From Escherichia coli (GTDB taxonomy: Bacteria; Pseudomonadota; Gammaproteobacteria; Enterobacterales; Enterobacteriaceae), in assembly GCF_003334255.1 (NCBI RefSeq), contig NZ_QOWU01000037.1: a stretch of 51,502 bases of DNA; one strand, given 5' to 3'. How positions within the stretch are numbered: the first letter of the stretch is position 1; each line of letters starts with the position of its first letter. Positions 8,838 through 18,468 of the stretch are shown piece after piece. The notes beneath the pieces are model-generated. The model was given only the letters and a program-made list of their open reading frames with translations, searched no databases and was not told the origin of the DNA. Position numbers and translations under genes: made by a program.

Positions 8838-10745
8838 TTATCGTGGAAAACGAAAAGGGGAATACCCCACATCGTGCGTGATTTTCATCAGGGGATCGGC
8901 TTTGCCCGGTACATCAATTATCTTCATACCTGGCGGAGCATTCTCGAACGTGACTTTCAGCTCGCTGTGCTGTGTCATGGAAGAAGATGGATTCAACAGC
9001 GGAACATTGGGTTTGTACTGACTCAGGCTGGCCTGATACTGCTCGTACTCTTTACGATCAAAAAAAGGCGTCCAGTCTGAAGCCAGAAACAGCCCTTTAT
9101 TATCCAGCCAGTTAACCGTATCTTCAGGAACAACACTTTCCAGAGTATCTTTAACCGGCTCATACATCAGGGTTCCCAGAAAACCATATACCCCGGCCTT
9201 CCCGATAAAGCCGCGGCCTTTCCCCATCAATCCCGTTTCTGCCGATACCTTCCCCAGCGTACGCATCTCTCTGGTCACTGCGGTAATGGATTTGGTAACG
9301 TCAGCAACCCATTTGGTTGCCATAAACAGGGCAATCGCTTTCAGAACAGTTTCCCATCCCCCCATCGCCTGCGCCGTTTCATCCACCACGTGCCAGACTT
9401 TTTTTATGACAGGACCTACGGTTTCCCAGTTATCAATAATGAGGTAAGCGCCACCAACCAGAAGAGCAATCAGCCCCTTAGCAGGCGTCATATTCATCAC
9501 ACCGCCGAGAACTTTCATAATTCTGGACAAAGAGCCTGCAGCGGCTCCCACCGTCAGTAAGGCCAGACCGATTTTAGCAATGGTCTTAACGAGCTCCGGG
9601 TTTTCACGGACAAACGTTCTCACTTCCTCAAGGAGCGGTTTTACCGCTTCAAGACCATCATTAACCTCAGGAAGAAACGTTTCCCCCAGCGTGGAAGAAA
9701 TGGCATCAAGTTGATTTTGCAGAAGTAAAAGCTGGTTTTCCGTCGTCGCTGCCCTCGAAGCATATTCCTTCTGCATCGAACTGCCATACTGCTGGGAATC
9801 CGCAACCCGCCTGAAGTTGGTACGCAACAAATCAAGGTTAGTCAGCAGAGGTGCTATCGCGCCCAGAGACTCTTTCCCGAACAGGGCATTCAGCACAGCT
9901 GCCTGTTTTTCTTTGGGCACTTTAGCCATCGCATCCAGTACAGACAGCATGGTTCCCCGGGCATCTTTCTGCATATCAGCAGCTAATTTCTTCGGATTGA
10001 TCCGCAGAAAACGTAATGCCTGTTTCTGCGATTTTGTCGCGGAATTTCCCGCGGTCAGGGAAAGCATGAAGTTCTTGATCCCTGTGGCGGCAATTTCTGA
10101 CTCCACGCCCATCCCGGCAATGGTTGCCCCCATTGCCGCGATTTCGCCGGAAGCCACACCTGCAACACCACCTAAAGGACCAATACGCGTAACAATATCG
10201 GAGATTTTCTTCGCATTCGCCGGGCCGGTATTACCAAGGTAGTTGATTTTGTCAGCCAGCCCGGCCACTTCATCCTGCGTCATATTAAACGCAGTACGCC
10301 ACTGGGCCATCATCTGCCCGGACTCTTCAGCCGTGGTATCAAAGGCCACGCCCATCTTCACCGCATCAGTGGCAAACTGCATCAGTTCATCACGTGCAAT
10401 CCCGGCCTGACCGCCAGCCGCCACAATTTCCGCGATCCCGTCTGCAGACATGGGAAGCTCAGTAGACAAAGCGCGTACCTGCTCCGTCATGGCCTTAAAC
10501 GCATCCGGCGTATCCAGACCGTCTACCACTTTGCGGACATCAGCCATCTTCGATTCAAGGGTGATGGCTGATTTTACAGGGAGTGCCAGTGCCCCCATTA
10601 TTGCAGTACCCGCCCCGGCAGCGCCCAGAGCAAGGCTGGAGACTTCTTTCTGAAACCCCTTAAGCTGACGCTGCATACCTTTAAGCGGGCCGGACAGCCT
10701 GTCAACGGCGGTGATGATGGCTTTCAGCTGAAAATTATCAGCCAT
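8838..10745 (-). CDS. Tail tape measure protein
   Basis: 635 aa, Ala/Gly-rich with helical repeats and hydrophobic segments. It lies immediately downstream of the chaperone frameshift pair. Confidence 0.85.
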   Translation of the reverse strand: MADNFQLKAIITAVDRLSGPLKGMQRQLKGFQKEVSSLALGAAGAGTAIMGALALPVKSAITLESKMADVRKVVDGLDTPDAFKAMTEQVRALSTELPMSADGIAEIVAAGGQAGIARDELMQFATDAVKMGVAFDTTAEESGQMMAQWRTAFNMTQDEVAGLADKINYLGNTGPANAKKISDIVTRIGPLGGVAGVASGEIAAMGATIAGMGVESEIAATGIKNFMLSLTAGNSATKSQKQALRFLRINPKKLAADMQKDARGTMLSVLDAMAKVPKEKQAAVLNALFGKESLGAIAPLLTNLDLLRTNFRRVADSQQYGSSMQKEYASRAATTENQLLLLQNQLDAISSTLGETFLPEVNDGLEAVKPLLEEVRTFVRENPELVKTIAKIGLALLTVGAAAGSLSRIMKVLGGVMNMTPAKGLIALLVGGAYLIIDNWETVGPVIKKVWHVVDETAQAMGGWETVLKAIALFMATKWVADVTKSITAVTREMRTLGKVSAETGLMGKGRGFIGKAGVYGFLGTLMYEPVKDTLESVVPEDTVNWLDNKGLFLASDWTPFFDRKEYEQYQASLSQYKPNVPLLNPSSSMTQHSELKVTFENAPPGMKIIDVPGKADPLMKITHDVGYSPFRFPR

Positions 10746-11153
10746 GCTTCATCTCCTCATTTATACGGACGGCCTCTGCCTCCAGATCAGCAAAGTGGGA
10801 AATAGCCGTCCGGCGAAGTTCAAGGGGGTTTAATTTCCAGAACCACGCGACATTGTAGAATCGCTTCCGGAGGTCTCTTCCGTCTCCAAGCCGGTAAAAA
10901 AACGCATTACAATCATGCCTGCCTTGAAAATATCCAGCTTCGTCATCTGCGCTGCAGACGAGCGCGGGATCCCGGCCAGAAGCGGGATATATTTCAGCGC
11001 TACCTGACTGTCCATTTTCATACCACCATCAGGTGAAACAGAGAAAGGGAACCCCAGCGCCTCAATCTCGTCATACGTAGGCTCACGTATTTCCAGCACA
11101 TGCAGTGTTTCTTTGTGGGCGATGATCGGTTTTTTAAGTACAAGCTCAATCAC
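10738..11153 (-). CDS. Tail assembly chaperone, predicted -1 frameshift-extended product
   Basis: After the heptamer, the -1 frame stays open for 52 codons and stops at a TGA that overlaps the tape-measure ATG. Confidence 0.6.
10830..11153 (-). CDS. Tail assembly chaperone (short, zero-frame product)
   Basis: 107 aa, located between the tail tube and tape measure genes. It contains a slippery T TTT TTT heptamer. Confidence 0.7.
   Translation of the reverse strand: MIELVLKKPIIAHKETLHVLEIREPTYDEIEALGFPFSVSPDGGMKMDSQVALKYIPLLAGIPRSSAAQMTKLDIFKAGMIVMRFFTGLETEETSGSDSTMSRGSGN
10896..10902 (-). promoter_or_regulatory. Programmed -1 ribosomal frameshift slippery site (T TTT TTT)
   Basis: An A7 run on the + strand equals T7 on the coding strand. 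It is phased X XXY YYZ in the zero frame (cgT TTT TTT acc). Confidence 0.6.
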
Positions 11154-11506
11154 TGGTAATCCCCTTCTTCACCGTGGAACTCAAGATCAACCGTGCCTTC
11201 TTCGGCATTATGGTTCGCTTCGCCGTGCAGCCAGGCAGACGACAGTACATAGACCTGACCGTTCGCCAGCTCGGCAGTGATGGTCATCTCATCAGACGAG
11301 GTGATTTTGCTCACCGGAAAATTCTTCGGCACCTTGAAGGTCCCTTTGACATAGGGCGCACGGTGAGTTTCCTTGCGGTCCACTGAACCGTCCAGGCCGA
11401 TGATGTCATCATTGACCGTCCTGTTCATGGGCACCTCAATGCCGCCGGTCAGCGATAGCTGCTGACCGTCAATTTTGAAATAACAGGTTCCCCCGATACG
11501 GGCCAT
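11150..11506 (-). CDS. Tail tube protein (Mu gpM-like)
   Basis: 118 aa, directly downstream of the sheath gene and coupled to it. Confidence 0.75.
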   Translation of the reverse strand: MARIGGTCYFKIDGQQLSLTGGIEVPMNRTVNDDIIGLDGSVDRKETHRAPYVKGTFKVPKNFPVSKITSSDEMTITAELANGQVYVLSSAWLHGEANHNAEEGTVDLEFHGEEGDYQ

Positions 11507-13002
11507 TATGCAGACTCCTCTGAATACTGAAGACGGAACTGGTTAACCACGGCAAAGACACGCAACTGGTTAACATAGTCAGGCGGGAACAGCGTGTTCA
11601 GGCGGTTCGGATCGCTGGCATCACGCTCCACAACCAGGTACTGCTTAAACAGTTCGTAGTTTTCCACGATCCCCGCACGCTCAAGCTGACGGTAGGTTGC
11701 CAGCAGTTCCCCTTTGATCACCGCCGGTGTGACAATCGCCTGACCGGGACCAAAGCGGGTACCGTCGCTGGCAAGCTTGTGACGCCCGTACTTACTGGTA
11801 ATGACGGATTTCAGTTTGCGCAGCACATACGCGCTGGTATGCAGCGTCTCGCTGTCGAGGTAGCTGTTATCCGCAACACCGTAAGCGTTTTTCCTGTACG
11901 TGGTGACATCACGCTGAATGCGCAGCACCCCGCTTTCGACATACGCCGTTGCCACGCCATGAGACAGCAGGGTCTGTTGTTCGGTCATCGTGAACCGTTT
12001 CCCCTTCGGCGCAGGCAGCATACCCACCAGCTCACCGGTCTGCGTGGGACGTGCCGGATCGTTGCGGATAAACACCGCTGCGCGGGCGGTACGGCTTGCC
12101 GCCAGCTCGTCGGCAGGCGTCTGGGTCTCTTTTTCGTATCCCGCCAGGGTAATGTGCTGCTGGTTAAACTGGTCACCTGCGGTCACCAGTTCTGACAGCG
12201 TGCCGATCTTTGCCGTATACACATGACCATACAGCTGACGCGCATAGCTCCAGCGACCGCTGGTATCGTTCATCTCGGTCACCAGCGTGTTAACGGAGGC
12301 TGTGTCGTTGAACGGCAGGCCGATATAATCAAACGGCTCATCCGCCATTGCAGCCACCGCGCCGGTGAGAACAGGAGCGCCCGTTCCGGCGGTACCCGTC
12401 GCCACGGCAATCTGTACGCCCGCTGGCAGCACTTCGCCCCCACCAAAGCCGTAGTAATTGAGGCTGACAGGAATTTCATTCCCGCAAAGCCCCTTATGAC
12501 GCGCGGTCAGTGTGACCACGCCTGCCGAAGATGAGGCAGTAAACGGCAGGGTCGGAACGGCATTGATGGCATCCTGGATACTGCTGGCAATCGTCGCAAC
12601 GTTATCGCCGTTGGTCACCGGTGCCTGCACGCGGGTACGTCCCACATAAACATTCACCGTGCCGGTTTCGGTTGCCGCGCCGGTCACCGTCAGCGTAACC
12701 GTTGCCGCCGCGCCCGTGGCTTCCGGAACGGCAATCACATACAGCTCGCCAAACGGGTCGGTCTGGCGATAAGCCTCGACCATACGCGCCAGCTGACTTC
12801 CCGCACCACAAATCTGGCGTGCATAGTCTGCCGACGGCATCAGCACCAGACTGTTGGCAACAATCTCTGCACCGTTATTGGCGTGACCAATCAGCAACGA
12901 TGCCCCGCTGTCCTGTGCAGTATTCGCCGCCTGGTTATCCATTTCCGCATAAAACAGCGGAACCAGCGTATTCGACGGAATGGTGTTAAAGCTTATCGTC
13001 AT
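11506..13002 (-). CDS. Contractile tail sheath protein (Mu gpL-like)
   Basis: 498 aa beginning MTISFNTIPSNTLVPLFYAEMDN. The sheath-tube-chaperone-tape measure gene order is conserved. Confidence 0.85.
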   Translation of the reverse strand: MTISFNTIPSNTLVPLFYAEMDNQAANTAQDSGASLLIGHANNGAEIVANSLVLMPSADYARQICGAGSQLARMVEAYRQTDPFGELYVIAVPEATGAAATVTLTVTGAATETGTVNVYVGRTRVQAPVTNGDNVATIASSIQDAINAVPTLPFTASSSAGVVTLTARHKGLCGNEIPVSLNYYGFGGGEVLPAGVQIAVATGTAGTGAPVLTGAVAAMADEPFDYIGLPFNDTASVNTLVTEMNDTSGRWSYARQLYGHVYTAKIGTLSELVTAGDQFNQQHITLAGYEKETQTPADELAASRTARAAVFIRNDPARPTQTGELVGMLPAPKGKRFTMTEQQTLLSHGVATAYVESGVLRIQRDVTTYRKNAYGVADNSYLDSETLHTSAYVLRKLKSVITSKYGRHKLASDGTRFGPGQAIVTPAVIKGELLATYRQLERAGIVENYELFKQYLVVERDASDPNRLNTLFPPDYVNQLRVFAVVNQFRLQYSEESA

Positions 13003-13156
13003 CGGTGTTCACCTTTTTATTCACGCGCCGGATATCACCCGCTGCTTCACGGCGCAGCCAGTAGTTGTTCTCATCAACATTTCGCCCTTCGGCGGGCAAA
13101 AGGTCGCCGCGGGCAGGGTCAGGCACTGACCGCCCTTTAACAGGTTTGACAAACAT
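12986..13156 (-). CDS. Small Mu-like tail-region protein (DUF2635-like, 56 aa); not in the ORF track
   Basis: Hand translation gives MFVKPVKGRSVPDPARGDLLPAEGRNVDENNYWLRREAAGDIRRVNKKVNTDDDKL. It overlaps the sheath start by 17 nt. Confidence 0.5.
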   Translation of the reverse strand: MFVKPVKGRSVPDPARGDLLPAEGRNVDENNYWLRREAAGDIRRVNKKVNTDDDKL

Positions 13157-13164
13157 GAGGATCC

Positions 13165-13725
13165 TCAGGAAGGAAGGGTTATTTCGGTGTGATGTTCGAT
13201 ATCGCCGTCAGGCCCGTTACCGGGCTCGAGATAATCAACATCAATCGCCAGCGTTTGCAGTTCATCCAGACTGTTCAGATCATCCTGCTGGCGGGTATCG
13301 TCTTCAGTCAGCTCGCTGATGACCGAAAAATCGAACTGATAAATCAGCTCATGACGATTCAGATCCAGCAGCGTGCCGCCGTCATAGGTAATCGGGTTAC
13401 CGCACGCTTCCAGGTTCCAGCCCAGCAGGGCCTTAAAGAGCATCTGCCGGACATCGTCCACCACATCATACGAGGCAAACTGACCGCGCTCATCACGCCC
13501 GTTACTCAGTATGACAACCACGGAGAAGCCCTCTTTCAGCTCCTGCCAGTAGTCGGTCTGGCTTTTGTTTTCTCCCGGAGAGTCATCACCCGGTACCACA
13601 TACGCCGCCGGGAGTCTCAGCTTTCCGACCTCCGGCAGATTTTTGAACTGTGCCGCGCCTGCCACCCGGTTTTCAAAATACGGGCAGCGGGCACGCAGCG
13701 CAGCAATAACAGGCGTCAGTTTCAT
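13165..13725 (-). CDS. Tail completion/terminator-region protein (Mu gp37-like)
   Basis: 186 aa, lying between the head-completion genes and the sheath gene. Confidence 0.5.
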   Translation of the reverse strand: MKLTPVIAALRARCPYFENRVAGAAQFKNLPEVGKLRLPAAYVVPGDDSPGENKSQTDYWQELKEGFSVVVILSNGRDERGQFASYDVVDDVRQMLFKALLGWNLEACGNPITYDGGTLLDLNRHELIYQFDFSVISELTEDDTRQQDDLNSLDELQTLAIDVDYLEPGNGPDGDIEHHTEITLPS

Positions 13726-14228
13726 CTGTGTCGTCGCTCCGGCTTCAGTGATTTACGCAATTCCCGCGCCAGAAAATAGCGTGTCCAGCTGCGGTTCTTT
13801 TCAAGCGCTTCCACCATGAAGTTATTACGTGGAGCCAGTCGCCAGCCGCTGCCACCGGATGCACCACGATGATGACTACGACGACGTTTTGCTCCTCCCC
13901 GGACACCAAAAAACAGAAACGCCGGATAGAAGTCACCAGAGATCATCCGGTTCCCCTTCCCGTTGCGCTGGTTAGGGGCAATGCGTGTCATAAAACCGGC
14001 TCGCTTTTTACTGGCTCTCGGCACCATATAACCAATCGAACGAGCCAGGCGTCCGGTCTGATAACCGGGGTTTTCACCCGGTGCCGACCGCGCACGGCGC
14101 ATCACCAGCCGACGGGCATCACGCATATGACGCTGCCCAATCGTGACAAACGCCCGCCGGACACGGGCGCGGTTAAAGCGCATCTCGGCGGGCTGCTGAA
14201 CATCAACGTGAAAAAAGGGAGTCGCCAT
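13722..14228 (-). CDS. HK97 gp10-like head-tail joining protein
   Basis: 168 aa and basic. Position is within the head-tail connector block. Confidence 0.6.
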   Translation of the reverse strand: MATPFFHVDVQQPAEMRFNRARVRRAFVTIGQRHMRDARRLVMRRARSAPGENPGYQTGRLARSIGYMVPRASKKRAGFMTRIAPNQRNGKGNRMISGDFYPAFLFFGVRGGAKRRRSHHRGASGGSGWRLAPRNNFMVEALEKNRSWTRYFLARELRKSLKPERRHR

Positions 14229-14613
14229 TGCTGCCTCCGTGACTCTGCCTACATTCGCCCAGCTCCGTACACTCCAGCAGCAGAAAGCGCCGCGCCCCGT
14301 TCAGATCGCGCTGACGTTTCACCCGGTACACACTGTCACCGCAGACCACCTCATAATCAGCGGTGATCCCCCGGCGGTAACGAATGGTGATGTAATGGGT
14401 GATGGCGTCCCCGGTCTGCGCGGTTTCCTGCCAGGTGGTGGCACTGGTCTGGATAACCTTCGCCCATGTCCGGAACGTAACCGGGTATTGAGGCTCCACG
14501 CCAAAGTTATCCGCGGGCATATCCACCCGCAGGCGGATCAGGACGCGTTTATTCAGTTCACCGGGGTCCGGCAGAATGTAGGTTGCGCTGGTCTGCGCCT
14601 GACGAATTTTCAT
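14203..14613 (-). CDS. Head closure / head-tail adaptor protein
   Basis: 136 aa. The call rests on synteny with HK97-type connector genes. Confidence 0.6.
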   Translation of the reverse strand: MKIRQAQTSATYILPDPGELNKRVLIRLRVDMPADNFGVEPQYPVTFRTWAKVIQTSATTWQETAQTGDAITHYITIRYRRGITADYEVVCGDSVYRVKRQRDLNGARRFLLLECTELGECRQSHGGSNGDSLFSR

Positions 14614-14933
14614 TGCGGAAAGTACCTGTACGGGCCGACAAGCCAGCCAAAACTCTGCGGCATGTCGAGTTTCTCCACTTCCGTAACCGACGAGCGGTTT
14701 TCGTAAAAATGGCTGATAAGCATCAGCATCCCCAGACGAATATCATCCGGCAGGTGCAGCCCGTCCGGATCGCTCTCCGGAATGGTTTCATCCGGTGCAT
14801 AGAGCTTCCGGTTCAGATACGTTTCCGTCCGCTTTTGCGCCGCACAGGCCAGCAGTTGCAGATGGCGGTCATCAGCATCGAAATCCTCATCCAGCCGGAG
14901 TTGGGCTTTAATCTCTTCCATTGTCAGAAGCAT
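14610..14933 (-). CDS. Head-tail connector protein (gp6-like)
   Basis: 107 aa beginning MLLTMEEIKAQLRLDEDFDADD, which is typical of the gp6-like family. Confidence 0.7.
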   Translation of the reverse strand: MLLTMEEIKAQLRLDEDFDADDRHLQLLACAAQKRTETYLNRKLYAPDETIPESDPDGLHLPDDIRLGMLMLISHFYENRSSVTEVEKLDMPQSFGWLVGPYRYFPQ

Positions 14934-14935
14934 AC

Positions 14936-15136
14936 TCAGCCCTCTTTACTGGTCGTGGCTTTTTTCTCTTTTGCCGCTTTACTGCTTTTTGCACTGGTTC
15001 CGCGCTCTGCTAACCCGGCCTGAAGTGCAATCTCCTGCACCCGGGCAGGAAGCGCCCCGTCGTCATACTCACCGGCCCGAATGACCTCAACACGCATACC
15101 GTCCGGTGACCATTTCAGATCTTGTTTCAGGATCAT
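14936..15136 (-). CDS. Hypothetical small head-region protein
   Basis: 66-aa ORF in the operon between the capsid and connector genes, with a Lys/Ser-rich tail. Confidence 0.4.
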   Translation of the reverse strand: MILKQDLKWSPDGMRVEVIRAGEYDDGALPARVQEIALQAGLAERGTSAKSSKAAKEKKATTSKEG

Positions 15137-15185
15137 GATTCTTCACCCGTCAGAACAGGGGGCGCGGTTCCGCGCCCCTGAGTGA

Positions 15186-16391
15186 TTACGCCGCTGCAAT
15201 CTTCAGCAGTTTGATGGCCTGCGAATCGACCAGCATCCCGCCGGTGCGCTTGGTGGTATAAAAACCGACAAACGGTTTATTGGTGTACGGGTCACGCAGA
15301 ATGCGGGTGCCGATACGGTCAACGATGGTGTAACCCCGTTTGAAGTTACCAAATGCAATGGCTTTCGCATCAGCGGCGATATCCGGCATCTGTTCGTTTT
15401 CAGCGATACCGTAACCCGCCAGAGAGGACGGCTGCCCCAGTTCCAGCCCCGGACGCCACAGATAGTTACCCTCGGTGTCTTTCAGCAGACGGATGGCAAA
15501 CAGGCTGTTGTTGTTCATCATGAACTTCGCGCCAGTGCGGTGTGCCTTACGCAGCGTGTAAATCAGTTTGATAATGGCGTCTGCGGTCACCGCGGTCGCT
15601 TCGCCGGATACAATATGCTGAAGTTTGCCGAACGCCCGGACCTTGTCGGTTTCATCAGTGGATTCATACGCCAGGAACCCTTTCGGCTTCTTGGTGCCAT
15701 CGCCTGAGGTAAAGGCAATTTCTTCCTGTTCGGCAAATTCGGTTGCCAGCTCGCTGTTGATCCAGGCCTCCACGTTGAAGAAGGCATCGTCCAGCATTTT
15801 CTGGGTAGCCTGCGGGTTGCCGTAGATTTCCCCCATGAGAGGTTCAATCAGCTCCAGTCTGGAGGTGGCAGTCTGGGATCGCGTATCCGTTTCCCCCACC
15901 CATCCGGAAGCCGTACCGCCCAGATTCACCAGTTTTTTGTAGTCGGAACCGCCAACGGTGATCACCGTGGCTTCCTGACGCATCACCACTTCATCTTTCA
16001 GCAGGTTAAGAATGTTGCGATCCAGTTCTTCCGGCACGGCGTAGCCACCGTCTTCATCGGTACCCACCTGCAATGCCTTACGCTCCAGATCGCGCAGACC
16101 GTCTTCACGGCCTTTACGTAGAAAGCCCACAAACGCCTCTTTATGCTCGGTGGCCAGTTTATTTTGCGCTCCACCTGCCGGACGTTTCAGCTCAAGCAGC
16201 TCTTTTTCAAGGTCGCTTTTGAGATTTTCCAGCTCGCTGAGTTTCCCGTTCAGGGTTTCCACCTGCCCGGCAAGCTTGCCTTTTTCCTGCTCAATCGCAT
16301 CCACGCGCTTGTCGTTCTTTGCTTTGAAGTCGTCAAACTTCTGCTGCAGCTCCTGCGCGACCTGTTCGACATCTTTAATATCAACCGCCAT
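15186..16391 (-). CDS. Major capsid protein, HK97 family
   Basis: 401 aa with an N-terminal coiled-coil delta-domain-like segment, then the capsid core. It follows the prohead protease. Confidence 0.9.
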   Translation of the reverse strand: MAVDIKDVEQVAQELQQKFDDFKAKNDKRVDAIEQEKGKLAGQVETLNGKLSELENLKSDLEKELLELKRPAGGAQNKLATEHKEAFVGFLRKGREDGLRDLERKALQVGTDEDGGYAVPEELDRNILNLLKDEVVMRQEATVITVGGSDYKKLVNLGGTASGWVGETDTRSQTATSRLELIEPLMGEIYGNPQATQKMLDDAFFNVEAWINSELATEFAEQEEIAFTSGDGTKKPKGFLAYESTDETDKVRAFGKLQHIVSGEATAVTADAIIKLIYTLRKAHRTGAKFMMNNNSLFAIRLLKDTEGNYLWRPGLELGQPSSLAGYGIAENEQMPDIAADAKAIAFGNFKRGYTIVDRIGTRILRDPYTNKPFVGFYTTKRTGGMLVDSQAIKLLKIAAA

Positions 16392-16405
16392 CGTATTTCT
16401 CCTGA

Positions 16406-17092
16406 TTAGAAGTTCAGATTTTTCAGTGCATTCAGTGCAGAGCCCACATCCTCAGCGTCGCGCAGGGACAGTGCGCCATAGCCCCCGGCCATGAATGCTT
16501 TGGCCTGGGTACGGGAGAGTCCGACATCACGCAGGACTCTTTCGATTTTTTTCTGTTCGGGGATTTCCCCGCGGGCCAGCGCGTTCTTGACGTCGCTGAT
16601 CCGCGCCTCGTCGTTAGACGGAAACGTCACCAGACTGACTTCCCAGAGGTCGATTTCTTTCAACAGAAAGGCTTCTTTGCTCCGGTCGTATTCCCAGTCT
16701 TTCAGGACGTACCCAATAGAAAGGCCGGTTAACGAACCGGCCTTCATGTGTGCATGTGCGCGTTTTGCGAGGGGATCATCATCAATAAGCAACCGTCCCC
16801 TGACGTAAAGCCCGACATCGTCTTCCTTCATTTCGGTGTAAACACCGATGGGTTCATCCATGCGGTGCTGCCAGAGCAGCGCAGGTAACGCTTTTCTGTC
16901 ACTCCACGCCCGCAGGGAAGCAGCAAATGCCCCGGACATCACCACATCATCGTGGCTGTCCTTTACACCAAAGACGGAGCCATACCCTTCAAACTCACCG
17001 GAGTCACTGACAGATTTCAGACTCAGCGGTACATCAAGACGTTGTTTCGTCTGCATTGGCGTTATCCTTCTGCTTACCGGCTTTACTGCCAT
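16406..17092 (-). CDS. Prohead serine protease, HK97 family
   Basis: The GEFEGYGSVFGVKDSHDDVV motif. The true start may be the internal Met at 17056. Confidence 0.85.
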   Translation of the reverse strand: MAVKPVSRRITPMQTKQRLDVPLSLKSVSDSGEFEGYGSVFGVKDSHDDVVMSGAFAASLRAWSDRKALPALLWQHRMDEPIGVYTEMKEDDVGLYVRGRLLIDDDPLAKRAHAHMKAGSLTGLSIGYVLKDWEYDRSKEAFLLKEIDLWEVSLVTFPSNDEARISDVKNALARGEIPEQKKIERVLRDVGLSRTQAKAFMAGGYGALSLRDAEDVGSALNALKNLNF

Positions 17093-18275
17093 CGGAGGGT
17101 TTCGTGGTCATGTTCATCGGTGTGAGATAGACATCCCCACCGGGACGCGGATTCATATCTTCCAGGTCGCGGCAGTCATTGGGAGAGTAAATTCCCCAGT
17201 TAATCCCGGTGGCGTAGGCTTCAAAACGGGACTTCATATCCCCGCGCAGTAACGCCCCGGCGTTAAATTTGGCGTAATAAACGCCCTGCTTACTTTTTCG
17301 TACCAGTCCGGTGTTGATCCGCTGCTCAATGCGGGTCAGATACGGCACCAGTGAATAGTTGATAAATCCCAGCCCCAGTTCTTCGATATTGTTGAAGGTG
17401 GCGCGATCGGTGTTCTGCACCATGTGCAATGGCACACGGAACAGACGACAGATTTCTTCAAGCTGAAACTTGCGGGTTTCCAGGAACTGGCTGTCCTCGG
17501 CGTTCAGCGCCATCGACTTCCAGTCCAGCCCCATCTCAAGGATCATCGGGCGGTGAGCATTACCAAGCCCGGTGTGACGCTCCTCAAAATCTTTCTTCAG
17601 ACGCTCATAAGCCTGATCCGACAGCGTCTGCTCTGTACGCAACACACCGGACGTCACCGCACCATTGCTGAACAGTCTGGCCCCGTGCTCTTCGGTCGCA
17701 GCTGCCAGCGATATTGCCTCGCGGGCATAGGCGATGGGATTCAGTCCCACCAGACCGTCCAGCGTTAGCGTGCGCACATGCCAGATATCTTCCTGGCTCA
17801 GTACATCCGTGGAGCCGTCCGGGAATGTGACCTGGTAAACCGGTTCCCAGCTACTGTTAAGCTTCGGTACCACACAACCTGGGTCGACGGGCAGCAGTTC
17901 AGCCACTTCGCCAAATGCTTTCACTTTGTAGGCGTAAAAGTTTCCCCGCAGGCACAGACAGGTGACCACCAGCTCCCAGAACTCCTGCGGCGTCATATAG
18001 CCATTGGGATGCGTGGAGATCAGCTTATGCAGACGTTCGCCGGTGGCTCTCTGTTTCAGGCTGCCGTTCAGGTGATACAGGTTGCAGGGCAACATCCCGA
18101 CCGACTCCGCCAGCACCCTGACGCAGGAAAAAACCGCCGTCAGTCGCATGGCCCGCTGGCTGCTGATCTGCTTTCCGGTATAGGTGTCATATGACAGCCC
18201 GATAGCATCCGCCAGCTCTGCTGGCGTGGTCACCGGTGCGTCACTTTTTCGTTGAAATAATCCCGAAAAGAACAC
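17034..18275 (-). CDS. Portal protein, HK97 family
   Basis: 413 aa, located between the large terminase and the protease. Confidence 0.9.
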   Translation of the reverse strand: MFFSGLFQRKSDAPVTTPAELADAIGLSYDTYTGKQISSQRAMRLTAVFSCVRVLAESVGMLPCNLYHLNGSLKQRATGERLHKLISTHPNGYMTPQEFWELVVTCLCLRGNFYAYKVKAFGEVAELLPVDPGCVVPKLNSSWEPVYQVTFPDGSTDVLSQEDIWHVRTLTLDGLVGLNPIAYAREAISLAAATEEHGARLFSNGAVTSGVLRTEQTLSDQAYERLKKDFEERHTGLGNAHRPMILEMGLDWKSMALNAEDSQFLETRKFQLEEICRLFRVPLHMVQNTDRATFNNIEELGLGFINYSLVPYLTRIEQRINTGLVRKSKQGVYYAKFNAGALLRGDMKSRFEAYATGINWGIYSPNDCRDLEDMNPRPGGDVYLTPMNMTTKPSDGSKAGKQKDNANADETTS

Positions 18276-18457
18276 TATTTACCTCCGCCGACAGACGGCT
18301 GTGTACGGTCGAGATATCGCGCCACCAGCCACGACCAGAACAGGCACAGCGCCCCGGCAACAACAAACCCCGCCGGGGGATAAATCAGCCAGGCACCATA
18401 CGCCAGCAAAAGCGCACCCAGCACGCCCACCAGAGGCGCGAGAATCAGCATGATCAT
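18275..18457 (-). CDS. Small two-helix membrane protein (hypothetical)
   Basis: 60 aa and strongly hydrophobic, lying between the TerL and portal genes. Confidence 0.4.
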   Translation of the reverse strand: MIMLILAPLVGVLGALLLAYGAWLIYPPAGFVVAGALCLFWSWLVARYLDRTQPSVGGGK

Positions 18458-18468
18458 AATTACCTCAG

